From: Synechocystis sp. PCC 6803 substr. PCC-P
GTDB lineage: Bacteria; Cyanobacteriota; Cyanobacteriia; Cyanobacteriales; Microcystaceae
NCBI RefSeq assembly: GCF_000284455.1
Contig: NC_017039.1
Span: forward strand, 180,001 to 212,000
Length of the DNA: 32,000 nt
Direction of reading: 5' to 3'
Made by a program: the position numbers and the translations under genes. Position 1 is the first letter of the stretch. Each line of letters opens with the position of its first letter. Shown piece after piece: positions 9,128-17,623 of this stretch. The notes beneath the pieces are model-generated. The model was not told where the DNA came from. It made no database searches and was given only the letters and a program-made list of their open reading frames with translations.

Positions 9128-9715
9128 ATGGCTCCTGTCTCCCCCACAGATTTTCCGCAACAATGCCATGGGGCAGTGGTAGGCTTGGGGGGCAATATTG
9201 GCCCAGTGCTGGACAATCTCCAAGGGGCGATCGCCGAGTTGGCCTTGGTAGCGGGCATTGAAGTGGAGCGCTGTTCTAGTTGGTACCGTAGCCGAGCTTT
9301 TGGGCCGCCGCAGCCCGACTATATCAATGGCTGTGTGACGTTACGGGTCAGTTTATCCCCCCCAGAGTTGTTGCAAACTTTACTGGCGATCGAGCAAAAA
9401 TTTGGCCGCATTCGTTTGGAAAAATGGGGACCCCGCACCTTAGATCTGGATTTAATTTTCTACGGCGATCGCCAATTGGAACAGGCTAGACTGACCATTC
9501 CCCACCCGCAAATGCAATACAGACCATTTGTGCTAGTTCCCCTGGCGGAAATTGCCCCGGACTGGGTTGATCCTCGGTCGGGGAAAACCATTATTCAACT
9601 AATTGAGCAGGTGGATTGCACTGCGGTTTGGCCAGTGGCTCCAGGGCTGGAACTAGGGGGGAGTCTGGAACCAGAGCAAGTTTTTGCGCCGGGTGCTGTG
9701 GCGGTTCACGGATAA
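9128..9715 (+). CDS. folK: 2-amino-4-hydroxy-6-hydroxymethyldihydropteridine pyrophosphokinase (HPPK)
   Basis: Contains VGLGGNIG near the N-terminus, WGPRTLDLDLI, and HPQMQYRPFVLVPLAEIAP. ATG 9128 is preferred over the TTG at 9110. Confidence 0.85.
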   Translation: MAPVSPTDFPQQCHGAVVGLGGNIGPVLDNLQGAIAELALVAGIEVERCSSWYRSRAFGPPQPDYINGCVTLRVSLSPPELLQTLLAIEQKFGRIRLEKWGPRTLDLDLIFYGDRQLEQARLTIPHPQMQYRPFVLVPLAEIAPDWVDPRSGKTIIQLIEQVDCTAVWPVAPGLELGGSLEPEQVFAPGAVAVHG

Positions 9716-9879
9716 CATTGTGAAGAGTGCTCCACAAAAACATCCTTGACCGGACGGAAAACTTCAAAAAGCATTGAGTTACAACATTATTCAATAGTTC
9801 ACTGCCAAGCCAATGGTCACCATGGGAAAAGCCTCCCCTGGAAGCTTATAATGCTTACAGAGAAGGCTTTTCAGCTGAA

Positions 9880-9953
9880 TCGGAGCGGCGGGATTTGAAC
9901 CCACGACCCCCACTACCCCAAAGTGGTGCGCTACCAAGCTGCGCTACGCCCCG
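9880..9953 (-). tRNA. tRNA-Pro (anticodon GGG)
   Basis: The reverse complement folds as a cloverleaf. Acceptor stem CGGGGCG/CGCTCCG, D stem GCGC/GCGC, anticodon stem CCACT/AGTGG with loop TTGGGGT, T stem GTGGG/CCCGC with loop TTCAAAT. CCA is not encoded. Confidence 0.95.
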
Positions 9954-10032
9954 AATTTCACAGACCCTAATCTTAGTCCTCCCCTGTGGCCCTTGGCAAG
10001 TTTTTTGGCAAATATTTTCGAGTGTTTATTTG

Positions 10033-10818
10033 ATGAAATTTATTGGCATTGATTTGGGTTGGCGTTCTGGGGAGAGTGGACTATGTCGTTTGCAACTGCA
10101 ATCAACCCCCACTGGCGATCGCCTAGGGATTGAAGACCTTACCTGTCGCTTGAGTTTGGAGGAAATTTTCGCCTGGCTGGACAAAGGTTTAGGTGAAGCG
10201 GAGGGAGTCATGGTGGCGGTGGATGCTCCGACCATTATTCCCAATCAGACTGGGACTCGTTTGCCCGATCGCCTGACCCATAAATATTTTGGCAAGTACC
10301 ATGCGGGTTGTTATCCGGCCAATTTGGGCCGACCTTTTGCCGAAAGAACCACCGGAGTGGGCAAATTACTAGAAGAAAGGGGGTTTCTCCATGCCCCGGA
10401 GATTCAAGCCCAACGGCAAGGGCGTTACCAAATTGAAGTATTTCCCCACCCTGCCATGGTGCAACTTTTTCAGCTAGAGCGGATCATCAAATACAAGAAA
10501 GGGAGTCTAGCCAAAAAAAGACAGGGTTTGCTGGAATTACAGTCCTACATTGAAAATATTTTGCCCCAACTAACCCCGGCTCTGGACCTTACCCTCCCCC
10601 CTGGTATGGAACCTTGGCGATCGCCATTGACCTTGAACGGCAAGGAATTGAAACACCAGGAAGACCAATGGGATAGTTTAATTTGTGCTTATATTGGCGC
10701 TTATTGGTGGTACTGGGGTCGAGAACGGAACTGGGTTTTAGGCGATGAAAGTACGGGCTATATTGTGGTGCCCACCTTAGGTGCTGACCAACCCGTACCG
10801 GATGCAGAGAAAAACTAA
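10033..10818 (+). CDS. DUF429-like protein (predicted RNase H-fold nuclease)
   Basis: Start moved to ATG 10033 (MKFIGIDLGWRSGESG...), an N-terminus typical of DUF429 as I recall it. The longer 9895 ORF overlaps the tRNA. The stop codon overlaps the stop of the convergent alpha-E gene. Confidence 0.55.
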   Translation: MKFIGIDLGWRSGESGLCRLQLQSTPTGDRLGIEDLTCRLSLEEIFAWLDKGLGEAEGVMVAVDAPTIIPNQTGTRLPDRLTHKYFGKYHAGCYPANLGRPFAERTTGVGKLLEERGFLHAPEIQAQRQGRYQIEVFPHPAMVQLFQLERIIKYKKGSLAKKRQGLLELQSYIENILPQLTPALDLTLPPGMEPWRSPLTLNGKELKHQEDQWDSLICAYIGAYWWYWGRERNWVLGDESTGYIVVPTLGADQPVPDAEKN

Positions 10819-11819
10819 AAACTAGCTAAGGATTGCTGTTGGGTCTGACCTTGACTTTGCACTGGCATGGGCGACAACACCGGCTCATTGACAAAGAACG
10901 TCTGGGCCATTTTAACCCCCACTTCGTTTACCCTAGCTTGAATCTCCTCCAGGAATTCGTGTAGCCCTTGGCTAATAACATCTTCGATGGTGATGTAGCC
11001 CATTTCTCCACAAAGTCGACCCAGGGCCCTCTCTGCCTCATTGCGCCAGGAACCGAGGGGCGTACCAGTAACTTCATGCAATGACCGTTGTACTTGGAGT
11101 AGACAAAAATGGATAGAACGTGGAAATTTGGGGTGCAAAATCAGAAAGCTGGCCACGTTGGCAGGGGTAATGCGCCGCTGGCTCTTGCGATACATTTCGT
11201 AAGCACTGGCGGATTTGAGTAGGGCAATCCATTCCACCTGATCCAGGGGAGTGCCGACCCATTCCACCGAAGGCAGCAGGTAGTAATATTTCACGTCCAA
11301 AATGCGGGCGGTTTTGTCAGCCCTTTCCTGCAAACGTCCCATCTGGCCAAAATGCCAAGCTTCGTTATGGGTCATGGTGGCGTCCATAATGCCGGCAAAG
11401 CGATGACTAGATAGTTTCACCCGCGCAAAAAAGTCGGCAATGTTGGCCGGAGGGCGATCGCCAGCTTCTTTGACCATAAGGTAAAAGCGATTAATTTCTT
11501 CCCACATCTCCGAAGAAATAATTTCTCGAATGGAGCGGGCATTTTCCCTGGCCATGTTCAGGCAGGAAAGGATGGAGTTGGAGTAATGCTGATCAAAGGT
11601 GAGGAATTGGATCACATTAGCCTTGGTGACTTCGCCGTAATGCTGTTTGAAAAAGCTCAAATCCCCAGTGGTCATAACCAAAGGCTCCCACTGCTGTTGG
11701 GCACCGTAGGGTAAATCCAACATTAGGTAAAGGTTCACATCCACAAAGCGAGCAATATTTTCCGCCCGTTCGATGTAGCGGTTCAGCCAGTAAACGGAGT
11801 CAGCAACACGGCTTAGCAT
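10815..11819 (-). CDS. Alpha-E domain (DUF403) protein
   Basis: Start at ATG 11819 gives MLSRVADSVYWLNRYIERAENIARFVDV, the hallmark alpha-E N-terminus with the conserved ER motif. The upstream 65-codon extension to 12014 is unlikely to be translated. Confidence 0.85.
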   Translation of the reverse strand: MLSRVADSVYWLNRYIERAENIARFVDVNLYLMLDLPYGAQQQWEPLVMTTGDLSFFKQHYGEVTKANVIQFLTFDQHYSNSILSCLNMARENARSIREIISSEMWEEINRFYLMVKEAGDRPPANIADFFARVKLSSHRFAGIMDATMTHNEAWHFGQMGRLQERADKTARILDVKYYYLLPSVEWVGTPLDQVEWIALLKSASAYEMYRKSQRRITPANVASFLILHPKFPRSIHFCLLQVQRSLHEVTGTPLGSWRNEAERALGRLCGEMGYITIEDVISQGLHEFLEEIQARVNEVGVKMAQTFFVNEPVLSPMPVQSQGQTQQQSLASF

Positions 11820-12135
11820 AATTTTCGGTTTTTTCCAATTACGGATCCAGGGCCTATTGTACAAAGCCGTTGGTGGTTCAATATGTTGCCATTCTGACGA
11901 AATTGTCGAGGCTTTTCCCCTGTATAAAAACCTAGTCCGCCCTAAAGCTCCCACTTCCCCCCTGGCGATCGGGTCTTTGTGGAAACTGCCGGCTCGGCCA
12001 AGCTTGGGGAGCAATACTGCAGGTGAAGCAAAAATAACGGTTTAGACTACCAGGGAGAAGGAAAAACAGTGAAAATGCCAAACTTTGATGGGGTGTTAGA
12101 ATCGGGCCACATTTGAGCGTTTGGAGCCCCAGGCC

Positions 12136-12783
12136 ATGACCGCCGCCCTCGACCAAATCATTGTTTATCCCGATAGTGATGGACAACCAATGGCAGACAA
12201 TACCCTACAGTTCCGTTGGATTGTACTGATTAAGGAAAATTTGGAATGTGTTTTTCGAGATAATCCAGATGTGTTTGTGGCGGGGGATTTGTTGTGGTAT
12301 CCGGTGGAAAGACACCCAGAAATACGGGTTGCCCCTGATGTGATGGTGGTTTTTGGTCGGCCTAAGGGGGAGCGGGGTTCCTACCAACAGTGGCAAGAAG
12401 AAAATATTGGGCCCCAAGTCGTGTTTGAAATTTTATCGCCGGGTAATAGGTTAAAGGAAATGGCAAAAAAATTGGTCTTTTATGACCAGTACGGAGTAGA
12501 AGAATACTACATTTATGATCCTGAACGAGTTGATTTTACGGGATATGAGCGGCAAGGGGAAAATTTGGTTGTGATTGAAACTATTCATGATTGGGTCAGC
12601 CCCCGTTTAGGAATACGTTTTGTCCTAACCCAAGAACAGTTGGAAATTTATGATCCCCAAGGAAATCGTTTTTTGACAACAATAGAATTTTCGGAGCGGG
12701 CTAAGATTGCGGAGCAGGAAAATGAACGGTTAAGGGAGTTATTACGACAGGCCGGTATTTCTGATGGATTGGGGTCGAACTAA
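12136..12783 (+). CDS. Uma2-family (DUF820) putative endonuclease
   Basis: PDSDGQPMADNTLQ near the N-terminus, then APDVMVVFG and VVFEILSPGN, and EYYIYDP. This matches the PD-(D/E)xK-like Uma2 pattern that is abundant in cyanobacteria. Confidence 0.8.
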   Translation: MTAALDQIIVYPDSDGQPMADNTLQFRWIVLIKENLECVFRDNPDVFVAGDLLWYPVERHPEIRVAPDVMVVFGRPKGERGSYQQWQEENIGPQVVFEILSPGNRLKEMAKKLVFYDQYGVEEYYIYDPERVDFTGYERQGENLVVIETIHDWVSPRLGIRFVLTQEQLEIYDPQGNRFLTTIEFSERAKIAEQENERLRELLRQAGISDGLGSN

Positions 12784-12881
12784 TCGAAGACAATGGGCGA
12801 TCGCCAGGACGGGGGTCAACTTTCCAGAGGTTGCCCTTAACCCCTAAACTAAAGTCTTGACAGATTGAGGTGCAAGCAACG

Positions 12882-14306
12882 ATGAGTCAGGATTTTGATT
12901 ACGATTTGGTGATTATTGGCGCTGGCGTTGGCGGCCATGGGGCTGCTCTCCACGCCGTTAAATGTGGTCTGAAAACCGCCATCATCGAAGCTAAAGATAT
13001 GGGCGGCACCTGTGTGAATCGGGGTTGTATCCCTTCCAAAGCTCTCCTCGCCGCCTCCGGTCGGGTGCGGGAAATGTCCGACCAAGATCATTTGCAACAA
13101 CTAGGTATCCAGATCAATGGCGTTACCTTCACCAGGGAGGCGATCGCTGCCCATGCCAACGACCTTGTGAGTAAAATCCAATCTGACCTGACCAATAGCC
13201 TCACCCGTCTCAAAGTCGATACCATCCGGGGTTGGGGTAAAGTATCCGGCCCCCAGGAAGTGACGGTGATCGGGGACAACGAAACCCGCATTCTCAAAGC
13301 AAAAGAGATCATGTTATGCCCAGGCTCGGTGCCCTTTGTGCCCCCCGGCATTGAAATTGACCATAAAACTGTCTTTACCAGTGATGAAGCAGTGAAGTTG
13401 GAAACGTTGCCCCAGTGGATTGCCATCATTGGTAGTGGTTACATTGGCTTGGAATTTTCCGACGTTTACACCGCCCTCGGTTGTGAAGTGACCATGATTG
13501 AAGCCCTGCCGGATCTGATGCCAGGGTTTGATCCGGAAATTGCCAAAATTGCCGAACGGGTGCTGATTAAATCCCGGGACATTGAAACCTATACCGGCGT
13601 ATTTGCCACCAAAATCAAAGCAGGTTCCCCTGTGGAAATTGAACTCACCGACGCCAAAACAAAAGAAGTGATTGACACCCTGGAAGTGGATGCTTGTTTA
13701 GTCGCCACTGGCCGCATTCCTGCCACCAAAAATTTAGGGCTGGAAACGGTGGGAGTGGAAACCGATCGCCGGGGTTTCATTGAAGTTAACGACCAAATGC
13801 AAGTGATTAAGGATGGCAAACCGGTGCCCCATCTCTGGGCGGTGGGAGATGCCACGGGCAAAATGATGCTGGCCCATGCCGCTTCTGGCCAAGGAGTGGT
13901 GGCAGTGGAAAATATCTGCGGCCGCAAAACTGAGGTGGACTACCGAGCCATTCCGGCGGCGGCCTTCACCCATCCTGAAATTAGCTACGTGGGTTTAACG
14001 GAAGCTCAAGCCAAAGAGCTAGGGGAAAAGGAAGGATTTGTGGTTAGTACGGCCAAAACTTACTTTAAGGGGAACTCCAAAGCTCTAGCAGAAAAGGAAA
14101 CCGACGGCATTGCCAAAGTGGTTTACCGCCAGGATACCGGGGAATTATTGGGTGCCCACATTATCGGTATTCATGCATCGGACCTAATCCAAGAGGCGGC
14201 CCAGGCGATCGCCGACCGCAAATCAGTGCGGGAATTGGCCTTCCATGTCCATGCCCACCCCACCCTGTCGGAAGTGTTGGACGAAGCGTATAAACGGGCG
14301 GTTTAA
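12882..14306 (+). CDS. lpdA: Dihydrolipoyl (dihydrolipoamide) dehydrogenase, E3 component
   Basis: FAD-binding [10 protein letters not shown], redox-active disulfide [16 protein letters not shown]-binding GSGYIGLEF, and C-terminal [11 protein letters not shown] 12882 is preceded by GAGG. Confidence 0.95.
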
Positions 14307-14309
14307 ACC

Positions 14310-14801
14310 ATGGTCACCATCACCGTTACCCCAGAGCAACTGAGTAGTTTGGACCTTTCCCCAGTGCAATCGTGGCTGGAGCGGGCCATTAGTCTTAACC
14401 TGAATCGCATTGACGAATCTGCCCTGGCCACCATCGAAAAACAGGTACAGTTCGACATTCAATTTGCCAGGGAAGAAGGCGATCCCAGGGAATTATCAGA
14501 GATTCCCGAAGTTCGTCTGTGGTTTATCCGTCTAGATAGCGTTTATCCCTGGTTTCCCCTGTGCTTGGATTGGCAGGCCGGGGAATTTACCAGGTATGCT
14601 GCCATGCTGGTGCCCCACGAATTCCATCGGGTGGATGGCATCCAGTTCAATCCTGAAGCTCTGGATCTGTTCATTATGGGTAGGGTATTTGTGTTAGCGG
14701 ACTGGTTAAAAAAATATCAACTCCCAGCCCAGTTCCGCCTCAAGTCCTTGGCTCAACTGTTGGGCTACGATTTGGACGACAATTTTTTGGCCCAGTTGTA
14801 G
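14310..14801 (+). CDS. CRR6-like protein (DUF1817), NDH-1 assembly factor homologue
   Basis: 163-aa ORF starting 3 nt after the lpdA stop. From memory, the Synechocystis CRR6 homologue (Slr1097) sits directly downstream of lpdA (slr1096). The sequence itself has no enzymatic motif. Confidence 0.65.
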   Translation: MVTITVTPEQLSSLDLSPVQSWLERAISLNLNRIDESALATIEKQVQFDIQFAREEGDPRELSEIPEVRLWFIRLDSVYPWFPLCLDWQAGEFTRYAAMLVPHEFHRVDGIQFNPEALDLFIMGRVFVLADWLKKYQLPAQFRLKSLAQLLGYDLDDNFLAQL

Positions 14802-14876
14802 AGGAGTTTGCAAATAGGACGGACTAACCCCGGCCCCTAGCCTAGGGGGGGAAATTTCGTGAGAAAATATGGAGCT

Positions 14877-15617
14877 ATGCGTAACCAAGATGATCTGCTA
14901 CTGGAGGATTCCTGGGTTGATCCCCTGGATCAATTAGATGACGACGTAGCCCCTCCACCTCCGGACCCTGATGAAATGTTGGTGCTTCTGACCAGTAGAG
15001 AAGCCCCACAGAGGATGCTGGCGGCCCGGGCTTTTTGTGAAATTGCCGATCGCCGGGCGGTGGAGCCGTTGATCAATTTATTAGGGGATAGCTGTCCCCT
15101 GGTGCGGGTGAGTGCGGCCTATGCGTTGGGGCGTAATACGGACCCGACCATAGTGGAACCGCTAATTCAAAGTTTGCAAACAGATTTCAATGGTTATGTC
15201 CGCAAGGGATTGGTCTGGGCCTTGGGAAATTGTGGCGATCGCCGGGCTCTAGCGCCCTTGATCCATGCCCTCAAAACCGACATTTCCGCCGTGCGCCTCT
15301 GGAGTGCCAGCAGTTTGCCTAACATTGCCAAATTGGCCTACGAAGATGTTATTGCCACCATTCCCCCGTTGATTGAGGGACTGAGGCGGGACAAGATGGC
15401 CGCTGTCCGCAGTAATTGTGCCTGGGCGGTGGGGCAACTATGCCGGGAATTGCCTTCCAATGTGGTCTATGCCACGGCGATCGATGCCTTGCTGGAAGCC
15501 CTAGTGGAAGATGAAGATTTTGGCGTCAAGGAAGATGCCAAATCCGCCCTACTGCGACTGGGGGACGCCCGGGGACTACAGATGATTGAAGACCTGGAAA
15601 TGGACGGACTGATCTAA
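14877..15617 (+). CDS. HEAT-repeat protein (PBS-lyase HEAT-like repeats)
   Basis: Repeated units of the type R..AA.ALG...D..AV.PLI..L.D....VR..A..ALG. The start is ATG 14877 or GTG 14859. From memory this corresponds to slr1098, described as the IscA2-interacting protein IaiH. Confidence 0.8.
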   Translation: MRNQDDLLLEDSWVDPLDQLDDDVAPPPPDPDEMLVLLTSREAPQRMLAARAFCEIADRRAVEPLINLLGDSCPLVRVSAAYALGRNTDPTIVEPLIQSLQTDFNGYVRKGLVWALGNCGDRRALAPLIHALKTDISAVRLWSASSLPNIAKLAYEDVIATIPPLIEGLRRDKMAAVRSNCAWAVGQLCRELPSNVVYATAIDALLEALVEDEDFGVKEDAKSALLRLGDARGLQMIEDLEMDGLI

Positions 15618-15684
15618 TACGTCGATTGGTTTGTAAAGATATGTAAAGGGAAATAATTAAAAATTAACTAAAAATCAACACACC

Positions 15685-16305
15685 ATGGCACAACCTTTGA
15701 TTTTGGGGGTCAGCGGTGCCTCTGGGCTAATTTATGCCGTCAGAGCCATCAAGCATTTACTGGCGGCGGATTACACCATCGAACTGGTGGCTTCCCGAGC
15801 CAGCTACCAAGTTTGGCAAGCGGAACAAAATATTCAAATGCCAGGGGAACCCTCCGCCCAGGCAGAATTTTGGCGCTCTCAGGCTGGGGTAGAAAAGGGT
15901 GGCAAATTGATTTGTCACCGTTGGGGAGATGTGGGGGCCACCATTGCCAGTGGTTCCTACCGTTGCGCCGGCATGGTGGTGCTGCCCTGTAGCATGAGCA
16001 CCGTGGCTAAATTGGCGGTGGGCATGAGTTCCGATCTATTGGAGCGGGCGGCGGATGTGCAAATCAAAGAAGGTAAACCCTTGGTGGTGGTGCCCAGGGA
16101 AACGCCCTTAAGTTTGATCCATCTGCGCAATCTCACTAGTTTGGCCGAGGCTGGAGTCCGCATTGTGCCCGCCATTCCCGCTTGGTATCATCAGCCCCAA
16201 TCGGTGGAAGATTTAGTGGATTTTGTGGTGGCTAGGGCCTTGGATCAATTGGCGATCGACTGTGTGCCCCTCCAGCGTTGGCAAGGGGGTATGGAAGGGG
16301 AGTGA
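15685..16305 (+). CDS. ubiX: UbiX/Pad1-family flavin prenyltransferase
   Basis: The N-terminal GVSGASGLIYA, then VLPCSMSTVAKLA, VVVPRETPLS and HLRNL match the UbiX family. 206 aa. Confidence 0.9.
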   Translation: MAQPLILGVSGASGLIYAVRAIKHLLAADYTIELVASRASYQVWQAEQNIQMPGEPSAQAEFWRSQAGVEKGGKLICHRWGDVGATIASGSYRCAGMVVLPCSMSTVAKLAVGMSSDLLERAADVQIKEGKPLVVVPRETPLSLIHLRNLTSLAEAGVRIVPAIPAWYHQPQSVEDLVDFVVARALDQLAIDCVPLQRWQGGMEGE

Positions 16306-16356
16306 CGGATTTACTTAGGCTCTGAGGGTAAGTCCTTCTGATGAGTCGATTATGAG

Positions 16357-16430
16357 GGAAGTGTAAGTCCAAATCCCCCAACCTTGCCGGAGCTTTAGTG
16401 AAAATAGTTGGGGGACAAAGGCTTTAGTGA
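16357..16430 (+). repeat. Partial copy of the MITE-like repeat also found at 24398-24507 and 26505-26630
   Basis: GGGAAGTGTAAGTCCAAATCCCCCAACCTTGCCGGAGCTTTAGTGAAAATAGTTGGGGGAC aligns with 26543-26605 of copy B. The shared segment includes an identical 18-mer, TTGCCGGAGCTTTAGTGA. TCCCCCA/TGGGGGA can pair as a stem. Confidence 0.55.
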
Positions 16431-16610
16431 TCGCTCGGTGCGCCATGGTTGGGATTAGCCGTTAAGCTAGAGAAAAACCGCCCAGTGTCGGCGGCTGTGG
16501 GCAAAGTTTGGCATTGCCGCCAGAAAAGCTGACGGGAGGTGGTTAATTGATAAGCGGTTGTCAAGCGGTTTGTTCTACAGATTCTTACCCTCCACCCAAC
16601 TGTAAACACC

Positions 16611-16991
16611 ATGGCAAGACGTAAAAAAACTTTTCCCTGTGGCCATAAGGGTTATGGTCAAGAATGTCATCGCTGTGTGCAAAAACACATTGACCAAGAG
16701 GAAAGGAAACATTCCCGCGACGCTTGGAAAGCCACCTTTGCTGAAGATCCCATTGATCTGACCCATCTACCCAGAAATGTGGTGCTCAAAGCCAGACAAA
16801 TTCTCGCAGGTTTGGCCAATCAACATGACTACCGTGAGTTTTACGGCAAACGTCTTAGGCATGATCGCCTAGTGATCAGTATTCCAGTTACTAGACATTA
16901 CCGGCTTATTTGTCAGGACGATGGCGATCGCCTAGAACCAAAAGAAATCGTCTCCCACGAAGATTACAATGTATGTAAGCCAGGGCATTGA
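16611..16991 (+). CDS. Small protein with an N-terminal zinc-knuckle-like motif and a C-terminal RelE/HigB-like toxin-fold region
   Basis: The N-terminus has CGH-x8-CHRC. The C-terminal HYRLICQDDGDRLEPKEIVSHEDYN resembles the tail of E. coli HigB (...CYIREVMTHKEYD, recalled from memory). The fold assignment is an inference. Confidence 0.5.
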   Translation: MARRKKTFPCGHKGYGQECHRCVQKHIDQEERKHSRDAWKATFAEDPIDLTHLPRNVVLKARQILAGLANQHDYREFYGKRLRHDRLVISIPVTRHYRLICQDDGDRLEPKEIVSHEDYNVCKPGH

Positions 16992-17557
16992 GCAAATCCC
17001 TTGGTCTGGCGGAGAAACTGCTTAAATTTGCCTCAATTATTGCCCATTGCCCCAAGCCTTGGAGGGTTACCTTGTTCAATAGAATTCTCGTTGCCTTGGA
17101 TCTGTCCCCCGCAGGTCAAGAAGTTTTAGAAAAAGGTTTATCCCTCGCCAAGGTCTATGGCGCTTCCCTATTGTTGCTTCATGTCCTGTCGGCCGAAGAA
17201 GAAGGTAGTCCCCTACCCATCCCCGTCAATATGGATGAAATTTACCCCGCCGTGGGTAATGAGTTGACCATGGAGGTGTGGCAACAGCAATGGCAAACCT
17301 TTGAACAAGAAGGGTTAGATACCCTGGAAAAACGCCGTCAGCAAGCACTGGCTTTGGACATTGAATGCCAGGCGGAACAAATTTTGGGCAGTCCAGGTAA
17401 AATTATCTGCCAGCGGGCCAAACAGGATAATAGTGACATCATTGTGGTGGGGCACCGGGGCCGGTGGGGACTAAGCGAAATTCTCCTCGGTAGTGTGGGG
17501 AACTATGTCTTTCACCACGCCCACTGTTGCGTGTTTGTGGTGCCAACTCCGGACTGA
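16988..17557 (+). CDS. Universal stress protein (UspA family)
   Basis: NRILVALDLSP, LLLLHV and the C-terminal IVVGHRGRWGLSEILLGSVGNYVFHHAHCCVFVV are classic Usp ATP-binding motifs. The start is uncertain. TTG 16988 overlaps the upstream stop (TTGA), and TTG 17072 is preceded by GGAGGG. There is no in-frame ATG before residue 82. Confidence 0.85.
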   Translation: MSKSLGLAEKLLKFASIIAHCPKPWRVTLFNRILVALDLSPAGQEVLEKGLSLAKVYGASLLLLHVLSAEEEGSPLPIPVNMDEIYPAVGNELTMEVWQQQWQTFEQEGLDTLEKRRQQALALDIECQAEQILGSPGKIICQRAKQDNSDIIVVGHRGRWGLSEILLGSVGNYVFHHAHCCVFVVPTPD

Positions 17558-17623
17558 GAGGCGATCGGACCCTGAAGTTAACCGGCGATCTTCCCAAAGT
17601 TAAATAAAACCATCCCCTGAGCC

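Noticed and set aside
9895-10032. N-terminal 46-codon extension of the 307-aa ORF (9895-10818)
   Set aside because: It overlaps the tRNA-Pro gene on the opposite strand and reads as low-complexity P/S-rich sequence. The internal ATG at 10033 gives a family-typical N-terminus (MKFIGIDLGW).
11820-12014. 65-codon upstream extension of the alpha-E ORF
   Set aside because: The alpha-E family N-terminus (MLSRVADSVYW) begins exactly at ATG 11819. The extension has no family similarity and would consume most of the divergent promoter region.
16338-16344. CTGATGA, the hammerhead-ribozyme core motif, in the ubiX downstream gap
   Set aside because: There is no complementary stem II after the motif, no GAAA box and no stem III or cleavage-site arrangement. 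It is a chance heptamer inside the decayed repeat.
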